A DNA stretch of 50,845 bases from Oscillibacter sp. (lineage in GTDB: Bacteria; Bacteroidota; Bacteroidia; Bacteroidales; Bacteroidaceae). The number at the start of each line of letters is the position of its first letter. Position 1 is the stretch's first letter. The notes beneath the pieces were generated by a model. The model was not told where the DNA came from. It was given only the letters and a program-made list of their open reading frames with translations, and did no database searches. Where the stretch lies: assembly GCA_963594595.1 (NCBI GenBank), contig CAVBFA010000002.1, forward strand, positions 1 through 50,845, written 5' to 3'. A program made the translations under genes and the position numbers. Of this stretch, positions 18,781-29,037 are shown in pieces.

Positions 18781-19515
18781 ATGAAACCATATAAAATAGC
18801 AATGGCTATCATAATGATGGCGGTTACAGTAAATACATTTGGTCAGTCAATGACTTACAACCATGATGCTTCGAAGATGGGGCAGATACAAGTTATGGAG
18901 TTAGGAGCAGGCGTTCTCACCCCGGACTTATACTACTCCATTACGCACAGTGGCTATAAAAAAGGAGCTAAGTCTGCCACATCCGTCAAAAACACTTTGC
19001 GTATGGCCGCAAATATAGCCTCTATGCCTCAGGTGGAATATGCCGACAGTATCAAGGCAGATTTGGAAGGACGGGCAAAGGTGGAAGCAACAAACATCGC
19101 AGACAGGCAAATAGACATTGCCTGGTTGACTGAAGGTGAGAGAATACAAGCAAAGTTGCGAGCTTTCAAATCAAATATCGGCAGCTTGAATGGAAAGACA
19201 TGCAGCGAGGAAATAACGGCATGGGAAGACCTTGGAAAAATGTATGACTTTGCCATTAAGACCACAAAGAAAGCATATATGCCAAACAGCGAACGGCAAA
19301 AGCAGTATCTCGCCATATATGATGAGATAACAACAACCAATGACAATCTTCTATTGAGAATACGTTATTTGGCTACAAAACGCCAAGCTGACAACATTGT
19401 AGCAGCCATGACACAATTCCATCATAGGGTTAGTGAGAATGCAACCGCATCATGCAACAGGTGGCGTAACAGCGCAAACGATGCAGGAACTGTAAAACAT
19501 AAAACAAAAAGATAA
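18781..19515 (+). CDS. DUF5045-like secreted tra protein
   Basis: Signal peptide and TYNHDASK...QVME.G.G.LTP.LYY N-terminal motif. Confidence 0.7.
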   Translation: MKPYKIAMAIIMMAVTVNTFGQSMTYNHDASKMGQIQVMELGAGVLTPDLYYSITHSGYKKGAKSATSVKNTLRMAANIASMPQVEYADSIKADLEGRAKVEATNIADRQIDIAWLTEGERIQAKLRAFKSNIGSLNGKTCSEEITAWEDLGKMYDFAIKTTKKAYMPNSERQKQYLAIYDEITTTNDNLLLRIRYLATKRQADNIVAAMTQFHHRVSENATASCNRWRNSANDAGTVKHKTKR

Positions 19516-19521
19516 CAGCGT

Positions 19522-20646
19522 ATGACAAATGACAGTACAGCGGTAGACTTTGGCATCAATCTGCTTGAAGAGGAGATTGATGATGTAATATTCCGCACAA
19601 ACGAGTTTCTGACGGATGCCACTTTCACCGGTGGACAAGGGCCGTTCTGGTGGATTCTCCAGATGTCAATGGCTCTTGCCGGATTGTTCGCAATCATCAT
19701 GTGTGCAAATATGGCTTACAAGATGATGGTCAAGCGTGAGCCGTTGGATGTAATGAAACTGTTCAAGCCATTGGCGATTAGTATCATCCTTTGTTGGTGG
19801 TACCCACCTGCAGATACAGGTATTGGTGGTGGAAGAAGTTCATGGTGTGCCTTGGACTTCCTTAGCTACATACCCAATGCTATAGGTAGCTACACCCACG
19901 ACCTCTATGAAGCGGAAGCAGCGCAAGTGGAAGACAGGATGGCTGATGTCCAACAGTTGATGTATCAGTTGGGCGATGAAGCCTCTGATCCAATGTCCAC
20001 AATCAAGGCTGCAAGCAATGCGGTCAGCACATTACTCACCCAAAGCAGTGTCCAGGACGTGACTGATGCCGATGCTGCAGCCCAAGATGAAAAGAACATC
20101 GTAAAGGCAGAAATGACAAGCACGTCAGCCGGGCTTGTGATGATGATAGACAAGATAATCATGCTCATAGCGTTGATAACTTTCCGCATTGGTTGGTGGG
20201 GAACCATCTATTGCCAACAGATTCTGTTGGGTATGCTCACCATTTTCGGACCAATACAATGGGCTTTTTCGCTATTGCCAAAATGGGAAGGAGCATGGGC
20301 AAAATGGATAATACGCTATCTTACCGTCCATTTCTATGGAGCAATGCTGTATTTCGTAGGTTTCTATGTATTGCTGTTGTTTGATATTGTCATCAATATC
20401 CAGTACAATGACCTTGCAGCTGTTACCGCTACGGATGAGACCGTTGTTAATTATCTGCAAAACGCATTCTTCTCCGCTGGCTATCTGATGGCTGCAAGTG
20501 TTGTTGCCTTGAAATGTCTCAACCTTGTTCCTGACCTTGCAGCATGGATGATACCAGAAGGTGACACAGCTTTTTCAACAAGAAGTTTTGGTGAGGGTAT
20601 TGCTACATCAATGAGACAATCAGCCAGTCGTGTAGTCGGCATTTAA
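19522..20646 (+). CDS. traJ: TraJ (VirB6-like polytopic membrane protein)
   Basis: Multiple TM helices; LTIFGPIQWAFSLLPKWEGAWAKWIIRYL; position before traK. Confidence 0.85.
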   Translation: MTNDSTAVDFGINLLEEEIDDVIFRTNEFLTDATFTGGQGPFWWILQMSMALAGLFAIIMCANMAYKMMVKREPLDVMKLFKPLAISIILCWWYPPADTGIGGGRSSWCALDFLSYIPNAIGSYTHDLYEAEAAQVEDRMADVQQLMYQLGDEASDPMSTIKAASNAVSTLLTQSSVQDVTDADAAAQDEKNIVKAEMTSTSAGLVMMIDKIIMLIALITFRIGWWGTIYCQQILLGMLTIFGPIQWAFSLLPKWEGAWAKWIIRYLTVHFYGAMLYFVGFYVLLLFDIVINIQYNDLAAVTATDETVVNYLQNAFFSAGYLMAASVVALKCLNLVPDLAAWMIPEGDTAFSTRSFGEGIATSMRQSASRVVGI

Positions 20647-20669
20647 CAATCTCGAAAAAAGTAAACAAT

Positions 20670-21284
20670 ATGGTAATAAAAAATTTAGAGAACAAAATCA
20701 AGCTTGTGCTTATCCTCTGTTCCTTGTTTCTCGTTGGATGCGTGGTCATTTCTCTTGGCAGCATCTGGACTGCACGAACAATGGTTGATGATGCACAGAA
20801 GAAAATCTATGTACTTGATGGCAATGTGCCGATACTTGTAAACCGCAGCACAATGGAAGAGACCCTGGATGTGGAAGCCAAAAGCCATGTAGAGATGTTC
20901 CACCATTATTTCTTCACATTGGCTCCAGATGACAAGTACATCAAATATACGATGGAGAAGGCTATGTATCTCATTGATGAGAGTGGACTTGCACAGTATA
21001 ATGCGTTGAAGGAGAAAGGCTTCTATGGAAACATCATGGGAACCAGTGCCGTATTCAGCATTTTCTGTGACAGTATCAAGTTCAATAAGGAGAATATGTC
21101 ATTCATATATTATGGAAGACAGCGTATAGAGCGACGTATATCTGTTCTGATGCGTGAACTCGTTACTGAAGGTTTTGTCAAGAGGGTGCCAAGAACGGAG
21201 AACAATCCTCATGGCTTGCTCATAGTCAACTGGCGTACTATTCTGAACAAGGACATTGACCAGAAAACAAAATCCAACTATTAA
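20670..21284 (+). CDS. traK: TraK (VirB8-like)
   Basis: KIYVLDG, HVEMFHHYFFTLAPD, RTENNPHGLLI motifs. Confidence 0.93.
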   Translation: MVIKNLENKIKLVLILCSLFLVGCVVISLGSIWTARTMVDDAQKKIYVLDGNVPILVNRSTMEETLDVEAKSHVEMFHHYFFTLAPDDKYIKYTMEKAMYLIDESGLAQYNALKEKGFYGNIMGTSAVFSIFCDSIKFNKENMSFIYYGRQRIERRISVLMRELVTEGFVKRVPRTENNPHGLLIVNWRTILNKDIDQKTKSNY

Positions 21285-21295
21285 ACATACAGCGT

Positions 21296-21676
21296 ATGAA
21301 TATCAAGAAAGTAATATTAGGGGAGAAAGTCCCGGACAAGGATGACCCCAACTACAAGAAACGCCATGAAGAAGGCGTTGAAGCAGGGAAGTCCTTTGCA
21401 AGGACTATGTGTTTGGATAAGGCGGCTGCTAAAGTTCAGCATTTTGCATCCACCTACCCCAAGCTTTTCCTGTGCCTGATTTTCGGATTTGTCCTTTTCA
21501 GTGTTGGCTTGAACCTTTACAGGATGTCAACAGCTGTCAGTTACCGAAGCAAGCCGTCAAGTGCAGTGGTACGTCAGGAGAAAGAGTTACACTTCAATCG
21601 CCATCATGCCAATGACGGAGAGAGAAAAGAAATAAAAACAAACAACAACGTTCAAAGAGAAGAATATGGGCATTAA
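21296..21676 (+). CDS. traL: TraL-like membrane protein
   Basis: Single TM helix, between traK and traM. Confidence 0.6.
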   Translation: MNIKKVILGEKVPDKDDPNYKKRHEEGVEAGKSFARTMCLDKAAAKVQHFASTYPKLFLCLIFGFVLFSVGLNLYRMSTAVSYRSKPSSAVVRQEKELHFNRHHANDGERKEIKTNNNVQREEYGH

Positions 21677-22883
21677 AGACAAGATAAACTTTCGGCAGCC
21701 GAAATACATGCTCCCTGCCATCATATATCTTCCACTCCTGTTCTTTGGGTATTTCTTCTTTCGTTTTTTCAACACAGAAAAGGCGGAGGTGAACAATAAG
21801 ATGCAGACAACGGAATACTATAATGACAAGTTGCCAGATGCGAACCTCAAAGGTGATGGTATCGGTGACAAGTATAGTAATATGGTCAACAATTTCGGCA
21901 AGATAAAAGACGAGTCAGCTGTAGAGAACATAGAGAGGGGCAATGAAGACCAAAAAGAGGAATACAATTCACAATATAGTGATGCCGAGGTTGCCGCTAT
22001 AGATCAGCAAAGTGATGAAGCGCAGCAATCCATGGAAAGACTGCGTAGATTACAAGCACAGATTAAGGAGCAACAGGCAAAAGATGAGAACGTCACTGGA
22101 TCACGGATTAGTGGCAATACTGAAGACGAGGAACAAACCCTTGAAAATCTCCGCAAGGCATTGGAAGAAGCTCAGAATGAGGGCAAATCTCATGTCGGAA
22201 CCACAGAAGGAAGTTCTGAGGAATACCACAATCAGTCCGCTCAAAAAGTCAAGAAGAACGACAATGAAGACAAAAAGGTCGTAAACGAGCATTCTGTCAG
22301 TGAGATTTCAGAAGATGCCAAAGCTGAAGAGGTTGTTAAGAAACAGAAAGAGACCTCTGACTATTTCAATACCATCGTTTCCAACGAACCAGAGCATAAG
22401 CTTATCAGAGCCATAGTCGACGAGGATGTCAAGGCGGTTGATGGAAGCCGTGTCAGACTGAGACTCCTCGATGACATAGATATTGGTGACAGAACTATCG
22501 CCAAAGGGAATTATCTGTATTGCACATTGAATGGGTTTGGTCAACAGCGTGTCAAGGGTACAGTCAAAAGTGTTCTAGTGAACGATGAACTTGTAAAAGT
22601 CAATCTTAGTATTTATGACACGGATGGACTTGAAGGATTATATGTCCCCAAGAGCAGTTTCTCGGAAACAGCAAAGGATATTGTCAGCGGTACTGTTAGC
22701 CAGAATATGAACATCAATGATGGATCATCGACAAGTTCTACTGGTAAATGGGGAATGCAAGCCCTACAAAACGCTTATCAAAAAGCTGCCAATGCCTTAT
22801 CCAAGAACATTCGAAAGAATAAGGTCAAGGTAAAATATGGTACCCAAGTGTTTCTGGTAAACAGTAGAGAGAAAAGAAAATAA
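21666..22883 (+). CDS. traM: TraM (VirB10-like)
   Basis: N-terminal TM, coiled coil, GSRVRLRLLDD and YDTDGLEGLYVP motifs. Confidence 0.93.
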   Translation: MGIKDKINFRQPKYMLPAIIYLPLLFFGYFFFRFFNTEKAEVNNKMQTTEYYNDKLPDANLKGDGIGDKYSNMVNNFGKIKDESAVENIERGNEDQKEEYNSQYSDAEVAAIDQQSDEAQQSMERLRRLQAQIKEQQAKDENVTGSRISGNTEDEEQTLENLRKALEEAQNEGKSHVGTTEGSSEEYHNQSAQKVKKNDNEDKKVVNEHSVSEISEDAKAEEVVKKQKETSDYFNTIVSNEPEHKLIRAIVDEDVKAVDGSRVRLRLLDDIDIGDRTIAKGNYLYCTLNGFGQQRVKGTVKSVLVNDELVKVNLSIYDTDGLEGLYVPKSSFSETAKDIVSGTVSQNMNINDGSSTSSTGKWGMQALQNAYQKAANALSKNIRKNKVKVKYGTQVFLVNSREKRK

Positions 22884-22916
22884 ATTTAATCATTGGAACG
22901 AAAACAATAAAACATA

Positions 22917-23771
22917 ATGAGAACATTCAAACATTTTTGTGCCGTTATGATAGTGACTTTATTGACGGCAGTACAATCAAATGCCCAGAAAACGATGGAT
23001 GGCATGCAGCTGCTTACTGTCAACGAGAATATCACCACCGTCATCACTGCCAGTGAGCCAGTACGTTTTGTGGACATCAGTACCGACAAGGTTGTTGGTG
23101 ACCAACCGATCAACAATACCATTCGCTTGAAGCCCAAGGAAGGCGTGGAGGTAAACCGAGACGGTGACATCTTGGCTGTAGTTACCATTGTGACAGAGCG
23201 ATACCGCAGTCAGTATGCGTTGATATACACATCGCATAAGGAAGAAGCCGTTACAGACAAGGCTATAGAGATTGACGAGCGTGTGGCATACAAAAACCCT
23301 GCCGTTAGCATGTCAACCGAGGATATGGCAAGATATGCAAGAAAGATATGGTCTTCTCCGGCTCGTTATCGCAATGTTTCCACCAAACAGCACCGTATGA
23401 CAATGCGTCTAAATAACATCTACAGCGTTGGTGAGTATTTCTTTTTGGATTTTTCTGTTGAGAACAGAACCAATATCCGCTTTGACATTGACCAACTAAG
23501 GGTTAAGCTCAACGATAAGAAGACAGCAAAGGCAACTACTATGCAGACCATAGAACTCACGCCGGACTTTATGTTGGACAATACCCAGTCGTTCCTCTAT
23601 GGTTATAGGAACGTACTTGTGGTAAAGAAAATGACTTTCCCAAATGACAAGATACTCACCATAGAATTGAGTGAACAACAGATAAGTGGCAGAACCATTA
23701 GCCTTAGTGTGGGATATGAGGATGTGCTTAATGCAGACTCTTTCAACAAGGCATTGTTATATGAATATTAA
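22917..23771 (+). CDS. traN: TraN / DUF4138 (VirB9-like)
   Basis: Signal peptide; NRTNIRFDIDQ, KMTFPNDKILTIELSE...SGRTI. Confidence 0.9.
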   Translation: MRTFKHFCAVMIVTLLTAVQSNAQKTMDGMQLLTVNENITTVITASEPVRFVDISTDKVVGDQPINNTIRLKPKEGVEVNRDGDILAVVTIVTERYRSQYALIYTSHKEEAVTDKAIEIDERVAYKNPAVSMSTEDMARYARKIWSSPARYRNVSTKQHRMTMRLNNIYSVGEYFFLDFSVENRTNIRFDIDQLRVKLNDKKTAKATTMQTIELTPDFMLDNTQSFLYGYRNVLVVKKMTFPNDKILTIELSEQQISGRTISLSVGYEDVLNADSFNKALLYEY

Positions 23772-23782
23772 AGGTTAACGGT

Positions 23783-24310
23783 ATGGACATCATTCATAAT
23801 ATCAAGGTGGTGGCATTAGCCATTTGCCTTGTCTTTTCAATCTCTGTTGGTTTTGCGCAAAGCAATAGTAACCGTATCTCACTTGGAGTTGGCGCACTCT
23901 ATGAACGTGGTTTTGACGCTACGATTTCTGTAGAGCACGAGACAAAGAATCACAATGCTTGGGAATACTATCTGAATGGCTATGTCAAATACGCCAAAGA
24001 TAATACAGTCGGCCATATTACGAAAGACTCATTCTGGCGCAACTATCGCACATGGGGATTAGGTATTGCCTACAAACCATGCGTGTATCGTGCAAAAAAT
24101 GCTTATGGAAGCCTACGGTTAGGTGGCGGTATCGGTAGTGACACCAAAAAGGTTGTTGGCTGGGCTAATGTAGGCTATGAGCAGAACTATGTTCTCAGAC
24201 ATGGCTGGCAACTATATTGGCAGGTGAAGTCGGATGTTTGCATCAACGGCAAGGATTTGTGCCGCACAGGTGTTGTGTTAGGTTTCAAGTTACCTACATG
24301 TTCAAGATAA
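23783..24310 (+). CDS. traO: TraO-like outer membrane beta-barrel protein
   Basis: Signal peptide, alternating beta-strand pattern, position after traN. Confidence 0.7.
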   Translation: MDIIHNIKVVALAICLVFSISVGFAQSNSNRISLGVGALYERGFDATISVEHETKNHNAWEYYLNGYVKYAKDNTVGHITKDSFWRNYRTWGLGIAYKPCVYRAKNAYGSLRLGGGIGSDTKKVVGWANVGYEQNYVLRHGWQLYWQVKSDVCINGKDLCRTGVVLGFKLPTCSR

Positions 24311-24321
24311 AAAGGAAAACT

Positions 24322-24981
24322 ATGAAGATTAACAAGTATATCATGGGACTGCTTATGTCACTCCCTTTTGTAAGTTCGTGTGATAACCACGTCTACGAGG
24401 ATGCCTCTTGGCACGCATGGACACCTGGCATGGTCTATTGCTCCAATGGAGAAATCATGTCATATGAAAACTGTGTTTCCAAAGGAAATACACCAGAGGC
24501 TGTGCTCTTTTTTGTGGATAAGGAAGGTGCTTTCTCTGGAAAAGCGTATGCTGTTGCATTGAATGACTATCCGGATAAAGAGTTCATAGACCCAGACACA
24601 ACTTACTTTGCGCAAGGTACGTCTGCCGACATCATGCAGTTTGACGGTGAAAGCAACACCGTAAAGCTCAGGTATTTTCAGGTGCAGTCACCGATAGCAA
24701 AAAGCGTAAATCCAAAGTTCTTCATCCCGTCTGTGGCAGAGATGTACAAGCTTTACGTTTCAAAAGATGTGATAAACTCAACCATCGAGAAGTGTGGCGG
24801 TATGCCTCTACCATTTGACAAAGATGAGTGTTGGTATTGGACCAGTACGGAGTGTGATGGTGCCGAGACCGATAGAGCGTGGCGATACAGCCTGTCCTCT
24901 GGGCGTTTCGAGATGGCTGACAAGCATAGCAGTTATGCGACACGACCGATTATAAGTATCAAGTTAAACAAGGAAGAGTAA
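24322..24981 (+). CDS. Lipoprotein with DUF1566/C-type-lectin-like C-terminal domain
   Basis: Start reassigned to MKINKY; lipobox FVSSC; IPSVAEM...YWTSTE...AW...TRPI pattern. Confidence 0.75.
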   Translation: MKINKYIMGLLMSLPFVSSCDNHVYEDASWHAWTPGMVYCSNGEIMSYENCVSKGNTPEAVLFFVDKEGAFSGKAYAVALNDYPDKEFIDPDTTYFAQGTSADIMQFDGESNTVKLRYFQVQSPIAKSVNPKFFIPSVAEMYKLYVSKDVINSTIEKCGGMPLPFDKDECWYWTSTECDGAETDRAWRYSLSSGRFEMADKHSSYATRPIISIKLNKEE

Positions 24982-24986
24982 TCCGC

Positions 24987-27173
24987 ATGGAAGAAAGCAA
25001 AGACCTCCAAACCCTTTATAAGGTATTTCGTACTTTCATATACGTTTCACTGATAGTCGAGTTCTTCGAGTATGCCATAAACCCCGATGTGTTGGATCAT
25101 TGGGGCGGCATTCTCGTAGAAATCCACGACCGTCTTAAACTATTGGATGTGTATCAGAACGGTCATCTGCTTCACAGTAAGGTGATGACGCTGCTGATTA
25201 TTTGCATAACCTGCATAGGAACCAGAAACAAGAAGCATTTGGAGTTCAATGCCAAGAAGATGGTCATCTATCCTATTTCTATTGGCATTGTCCTGATGTT
25301 CCTTTCAGTATGGGTCTTTTACCAACATTGGACACCCAATTTCTTCACCCTATATAGCAGTACATGGTTGTACTTCTTCATGTCAATTGTTGGTACTATC
25401 CTTTGTCAAATTGCTCTCGATAACATATCAAAATATTTGAAGGACGGACTTTTGAAAGACCGTTTCAACTTTGAGAATGAAAGCTTTGAGCAGATGAAAG
25501 ATAAAGTCAGTAACAAGTACAGCGTTAATATCCCCATGCGTTACTATTACAAGGGGAAGTTCCGGAAAGGATGGGTCAATATCGTGAATCCTTTCCGAGG
25601 AACATGGGTTGTTGGTACTCCAGGCTCAGGTAAGACATTCTCCATCATCGAGCCGTTCATCCGTCAGCATAGTGCCAAAGGCTTCGCTATTGTCGCCTAC
25701 GACTACAAGTTTCCGACTCTTGCCCAAAAGTTATATTACCATTATAGGATAAACAAAAAAGCAGGACTTACGCCAAAAGGCTGTGCTTTCAATATCATCA
25801 ACTTCGTCAATGTGGAATACAGTCGTAGGGTGAATCCTATACAGCTGAAATACATCAGCAACCTTGCAGCAGCCAGTGAAACAGCTGAAACATTGTTGGA
25901 GTCATTGCAGAAAGGTAAGAAAGAAGGTGGAGGTGGAAGTGACCAATTTTTCCAAACATCAGCTGTCAACTTCTTAGCTGCTTGTATCTATTTCTTCTGT
26001 AATTATGAGAAGCGACCTTACGATGAGAATGGACAGGAGATGAACTACGACAAGACCATTGACCCTGAAACCGGCATGATAAAGCCAACTGGTGTTGTCC
26101 GTGATGCAATGGGCAACGTCAAGGAACCTGCTTATTGGTTGGGAAAGTATAGTGATATGCCTCATATCCTGTCATTTCTGAATGAGAGCTATGAGACTAT
26201 CTTTGAGGTTTTGATGACCGACACGGAGGTTGCTCCTCTTCTTGGTCCTTTCAGAACGGCTTTTGACAATAAGGCTATGGAACAGCTTGAAGGTATGATA
26301 GGTACACTTCGAGTCTTCACATCCCGACTGGCAACAAAGGAGTCGTATTGGATTTTTAGTAAAGAAGGTGATGACTTCGACCTGAAGGTCAGCGACCCTA
26401 ACCATCCGAGCTACCTGCTCATAGCTAATGACCCTGAGATGGAAAGCATCATCGGAGCCTTAAATGCACTTATTTTGAACCGACTTGTAACGAGAGTAAA
26501 TACAGGACAAGGCAAGAATGTGCCAGTCAGTATCATCGTCGACGAGTTGCCGACACTTTATTTCCACAAGATAGACCGCTTGATAGGTACGGCACGAAGT
26601 AATAAGGTAAGTGTCACTTTGGGCTTTCAGGAATTGCCACAGCTCGAAACTGATTATGGCAAGACTGGTATGCAGAAGATTATCACGACCGTCGGTAATG
26701 TTGTCAGTGGTTCTGCACGAGCCAAGGAAACCCTTGAATGGCTATCCAATGACATCTTTGGCAAGGTTGTTCAGTTAAAGAAAGGTGTGACTATCGACAG
26801 AGACCGTACCTCTATCAACATCAATGAAAACATGGACTCACTTGTTCCTGGTTCCAAGATTGCTGATATGCCAACAGGCTGGATCTGTGGCCAGACAGCA
26901 AGAGATTTCGTCAAGACCAAAACAGGACGTGGTGACAGTATGGACATTCAAGAAGCAGAAGAGTTCCAAACCAGTAAATTCTTCTGTAAGACAGACTTCA
27001 ATATGGAGGAAATAGGCAATGAAGAAAAAGACTACGCCAAATACCCACTTCCCAAGTTCTATAAATTCCCCTCTGTAGAAGCCAAAGAACGTATCTTGTA
27101 TGCCAACTTTTTGAAAATTAATAAGGAGGTCAAGGATATGATCTCTGAGATACAGGAGTTCAATAAGAAGTGA
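24987..27173 (+). CDS. Type IV coupling protein (VirD4/TraD-like, YWFCY family)
   Basis: N-terminal TM helices, VNPFRGTWVVGTPGSGKT, YDYKFP, VDELPTLYF, ARSNKV. Confidence 0.93.
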   Translation: MEESKDLQTLYKVFRTFIYVSLIVEFFEYAINPDVLDHWGGILVEIHDRLKLLDVYQNGHLLHSKVMTLLIICITCIGTRNKKHLEFNAKKMVIYPISIGIVLMFLSVWVFYQHWTPNFFTLYSSTWLYFFMSIVGTILCQIALDNISKYLKDGLLKDRFNFENESFEQMKDKVSNKYSVNIPMRYYYKGKFRKGWVNIVNPFRGTWVVGTPGSGKTFSIIEPFIRQHSAKGFAIVAYDYKFPTLAQKLYYHYRINKKAGLTPKGCAFNIINFVNVEYSRRVNPIQLKYISNLAAASETAETLLESLQKGKKEGGGGSDQFFQTSAVNFLAACIYFFCNYEKRPYDENGQEMNYDKTIDPETGMIKPTGVVRDAMGNVKEPAYWLGKYSDMPHILSFLNESYETIFEVLMTDTEVAPLLGPFRTAFDNKAMEQLEGMIGTLRVFTSRLATKESYWIFSKEGDDFDLKVSDPNHPSYLLIANDPEMESIIGALNALILNRLVTRVNTGQGKNVPVSIIVDELPTLYFHKIDRLIGTARSNKVSVTLGFQELPQLETDYGKTGMQKIITTVGNVVSGSARAKETLEWLSNDIFGKVVQLKKGVTIDRDRTSININENMDSLVPGSKIADMPTGWICGQTARDFVKTKTGRGDSMDIQEAEEFQTSKFFCKTDFNMEEIGNEEKDYAKYPLPKFYKFPSVEAKERILYANFLKINKEVKDMISEIQEFNKK

Positions 27174-27190
27174 TTACCTATATGATGTGT

Positions 27191-27228
27191 ACTGCAAAAA
27201 TAGTCGCACATTCGGCTATTTTTGCAGT
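27191..27228. terminator. Stem-loop terminating the tra operon
   Basis: ACTGCAAAAATAGTCG / CGGCTATTTTTGCAGT 16-bp stem 18 nt after the coupling protein stop. Confidence 0.75.
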
Positions 27229-27258
27229 TGAATATTTCATATAATAAACAATCAAGAC

Positions 27259-27295
27259 AAAAAGCCTCACTAATAATCAAAATTAGAAGCGAGGC
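27259..27295 (-). terminator. Intrinsic terminator of the ImmA/PIN cassette
   Basis: GCCTC...GAGGC stem with inner CTAAT/ATTAG, followed by T5 on the minus strand. Confidence 0.55.
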
Positions 27296-27304
27296 ATTAT
27301 GATG

Positions 27305-27790
27305 TTATATAAGAACTCCGAGTTCTCTGAGAGCAGTATTTAAATCACAAGATCTTACGCCAATAGCATTGCAAGCATCAGGTATCATGACACGATTCCG
27401 TCGTTGCGGATTACTCTTTTCGTATGTAACAAGAACCATGTCCTTTGCTGCAGCTGTTGCAACAAGATATGAATCTGCCACATTGACATAACCAGATATA
27501 GCAGATGGAGAGAATCCTACAGGATTGTTTTGAGCCCAAGCAATCGTTTCTACCATTTTTGCCATTACTGATGCATCCTGTTTCAAGAAAAATCCACGTG
27601 GTGCATTCTTATGAATCCAATTTGTAAGTTCATCTCCGCCCTTATCTATCTCATCTTTTACTTTATCTATTGAATGAATATTGCCAGATTTTATGAGACC
27701 AATCATTTTTGTCCAAAATGTAGGCCAAATATCCATTGGCAAATTCTTCTTGGATTCTACGAAGATATTAGTATCGAATAAATATTCCAT
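27305..27790 (-). CDS. PIN-domain protein, DUF4411 family
   Basis: YLFDTNIF, VKDEI, ADSYLVA, LVTYE, IPDAC motifs. Confidence 0.88.
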   Translation of the reverse strand: MEYLFDTNIFVESKKNLPMDIWPTFWTKMIGLIKSGNIHSIDKVKDEIDKGGDELTNWIHKNAPRGFFLKQDASVMAKMVETIAWAQNNPVGFSPSAISGYVNVADSYLVATAAAKDMVLVTYEKSNPQRRNRVMIPDACNAIGVRSCDLNTALRELGVLI

Positions 27791-27796
27791 GCCGTG

Positions 27797-28915
27797 TTAA
27801 ATATTATTGGTCATAAAATTATCGTACGTTTTTCCGTATAATCCAGTTAAACGATACGCTTCCGTATAATTCAGTTGCTTGTTATTGACTGCATTTCTAA
27901 CATGAATGGCGAAATTACGCCCCACACGTTTTACACTTGTTAAATAGAAACTTCCTCCAGTAGATTTTTTTTTAATCCGTAATTGACGCTGACTATACAT
28001 TGCCCAAAAAGCTCTATATTCAGTGTCAGACATAAGACACAAATCATGAGCACGCCTTGCCACAACTAACTCACTGGCTTTAAAACGTCGTGATGCTGAT
28101 TTTGTGTCGTTAATCCAAATCTCACGTAATACTGATGCAGGAACCAAGAATTCCGCCGCAACCATATCGCAATAATTTTCAGTTGCCTCATGATTCAAAA
28201 CTTCACTTCCTGCATGTCCAGCACTCACTCCAAGCATAAGGTGAGCCACCTCATGTATTAGTGTGAAGAGTTGCGCACTTTTGCTATCAGCACTGTTGAC
28301 AAAAATATATGGTGCTTTTTCATTTACTAAAGCAAAACCTCTGCACTCGCTCACCTTTAATGGGCGATGTGTATTATTACCAACTACACCATTATAAGCG
28401 AGAAAGACTCCAGTATCTTCAATTTTTTGCCCAAGAAGACTTACTGCTGCATCTGGAGTCGCTAAACTAAAAGCCCATCTATCATCAAGATCCAAAATGG
28501 CCCTCAATCTGCGGACTGTTTCACTTATAGATGTTTTAGTGGTAATGGAACCTATAAAATTGCATGTTTTAATGTCATTATCTTCAAGATATTCTTCCAA
28601 CCATTCCTGTCTTGCTTGAACATTCATAACAGTGTCATAAACATTCAAGTTGAAATGGTCTTGTTGTTCTGCTTCACCACGAAACATTGGGAATGGAATG
28701 TTCTCTATGGGCAAATTGCTCATAAATAAATATCCGAAAGGAACATAGAATTTTGCAGCGAAATTTTTTAATTGATTTAAAGTTGGCTGTTTCTCTTGAG
28801 ACAACCAACCATTAAGCAAAGGAAAAGTTTCTATCGCTTTTTCTTCGCTTATTCCTGCTCGTTGTATTACCCAACGAAGCAAATTTGGTTGAATATTTAA
28901 TCTTTCTACAGCCAT
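27797..28915 (-). CDS. XRE-HTH + ImmA/IrrE Zn metallopeptidase
   Basis: Start reassigned to MAVERL (downstream of -7 TATTTTTG at 28934-28941); N-terminal HTH (QPTLNQLKNFA), FTLIHEVAH (HExxH), ENYCDMVAAEFLVP. Confidence 0.9.
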   Translation of the reverse strand: MAVERLNIQPNLLRWVIQRAGISEEKAIETFPLLNGWLSQEKQPTLNQLKNFAAKFYVPFGYLFMSNLPIENIPFPMFRGEAEQQDHFNLNVYDTVMNVQARQEWLEEYLEDNDIKTCNFIGSITTKTSISETVRRLRAILDLDDRWAFSLATPDAAVSLLGQKIEDTGVFLAYNGVVGNNTHRPLKVSECRGFALVNEKAPYIFVNSADSKSAQLFTLIHEVAHLMLGVSAGHAGSEVLNHEATENYCDMVAAEFLVPASVLREIWINDTKSASRRFKASELVVARRAHDLCLMSDTEYRAFWAMYSQRQLRIKKKSTGGSFYLTSVKRVGRNFAIHVRNAVNNKQLNYTEAYRLTGLYGKTYDNFMTNNI

Positions 28916-29037
28916 AAGATATATCTTGCTATGCAAAAATACAGAAAAAAGTCGAGAACAAAGAATAAAATGTCCCAACCATGTGCACTTTCATTTATAA
29001 ATTAATACATGACAAATTACAGCAACACAAATTAACA

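Noticed and set aside
24322..24981. Diversity-generating retroelement target
   Set aside because: Fold is DGR-target-like, but no template repeat or reverse transcriptase was seen in the window.
27191..27228. Back-to-back promoters (TATTTTTG on both arms)
   Set aside because: Position right after the operon stop and the long stem fit a terminator better; no downstream ORF or -33 element supports promoter use.
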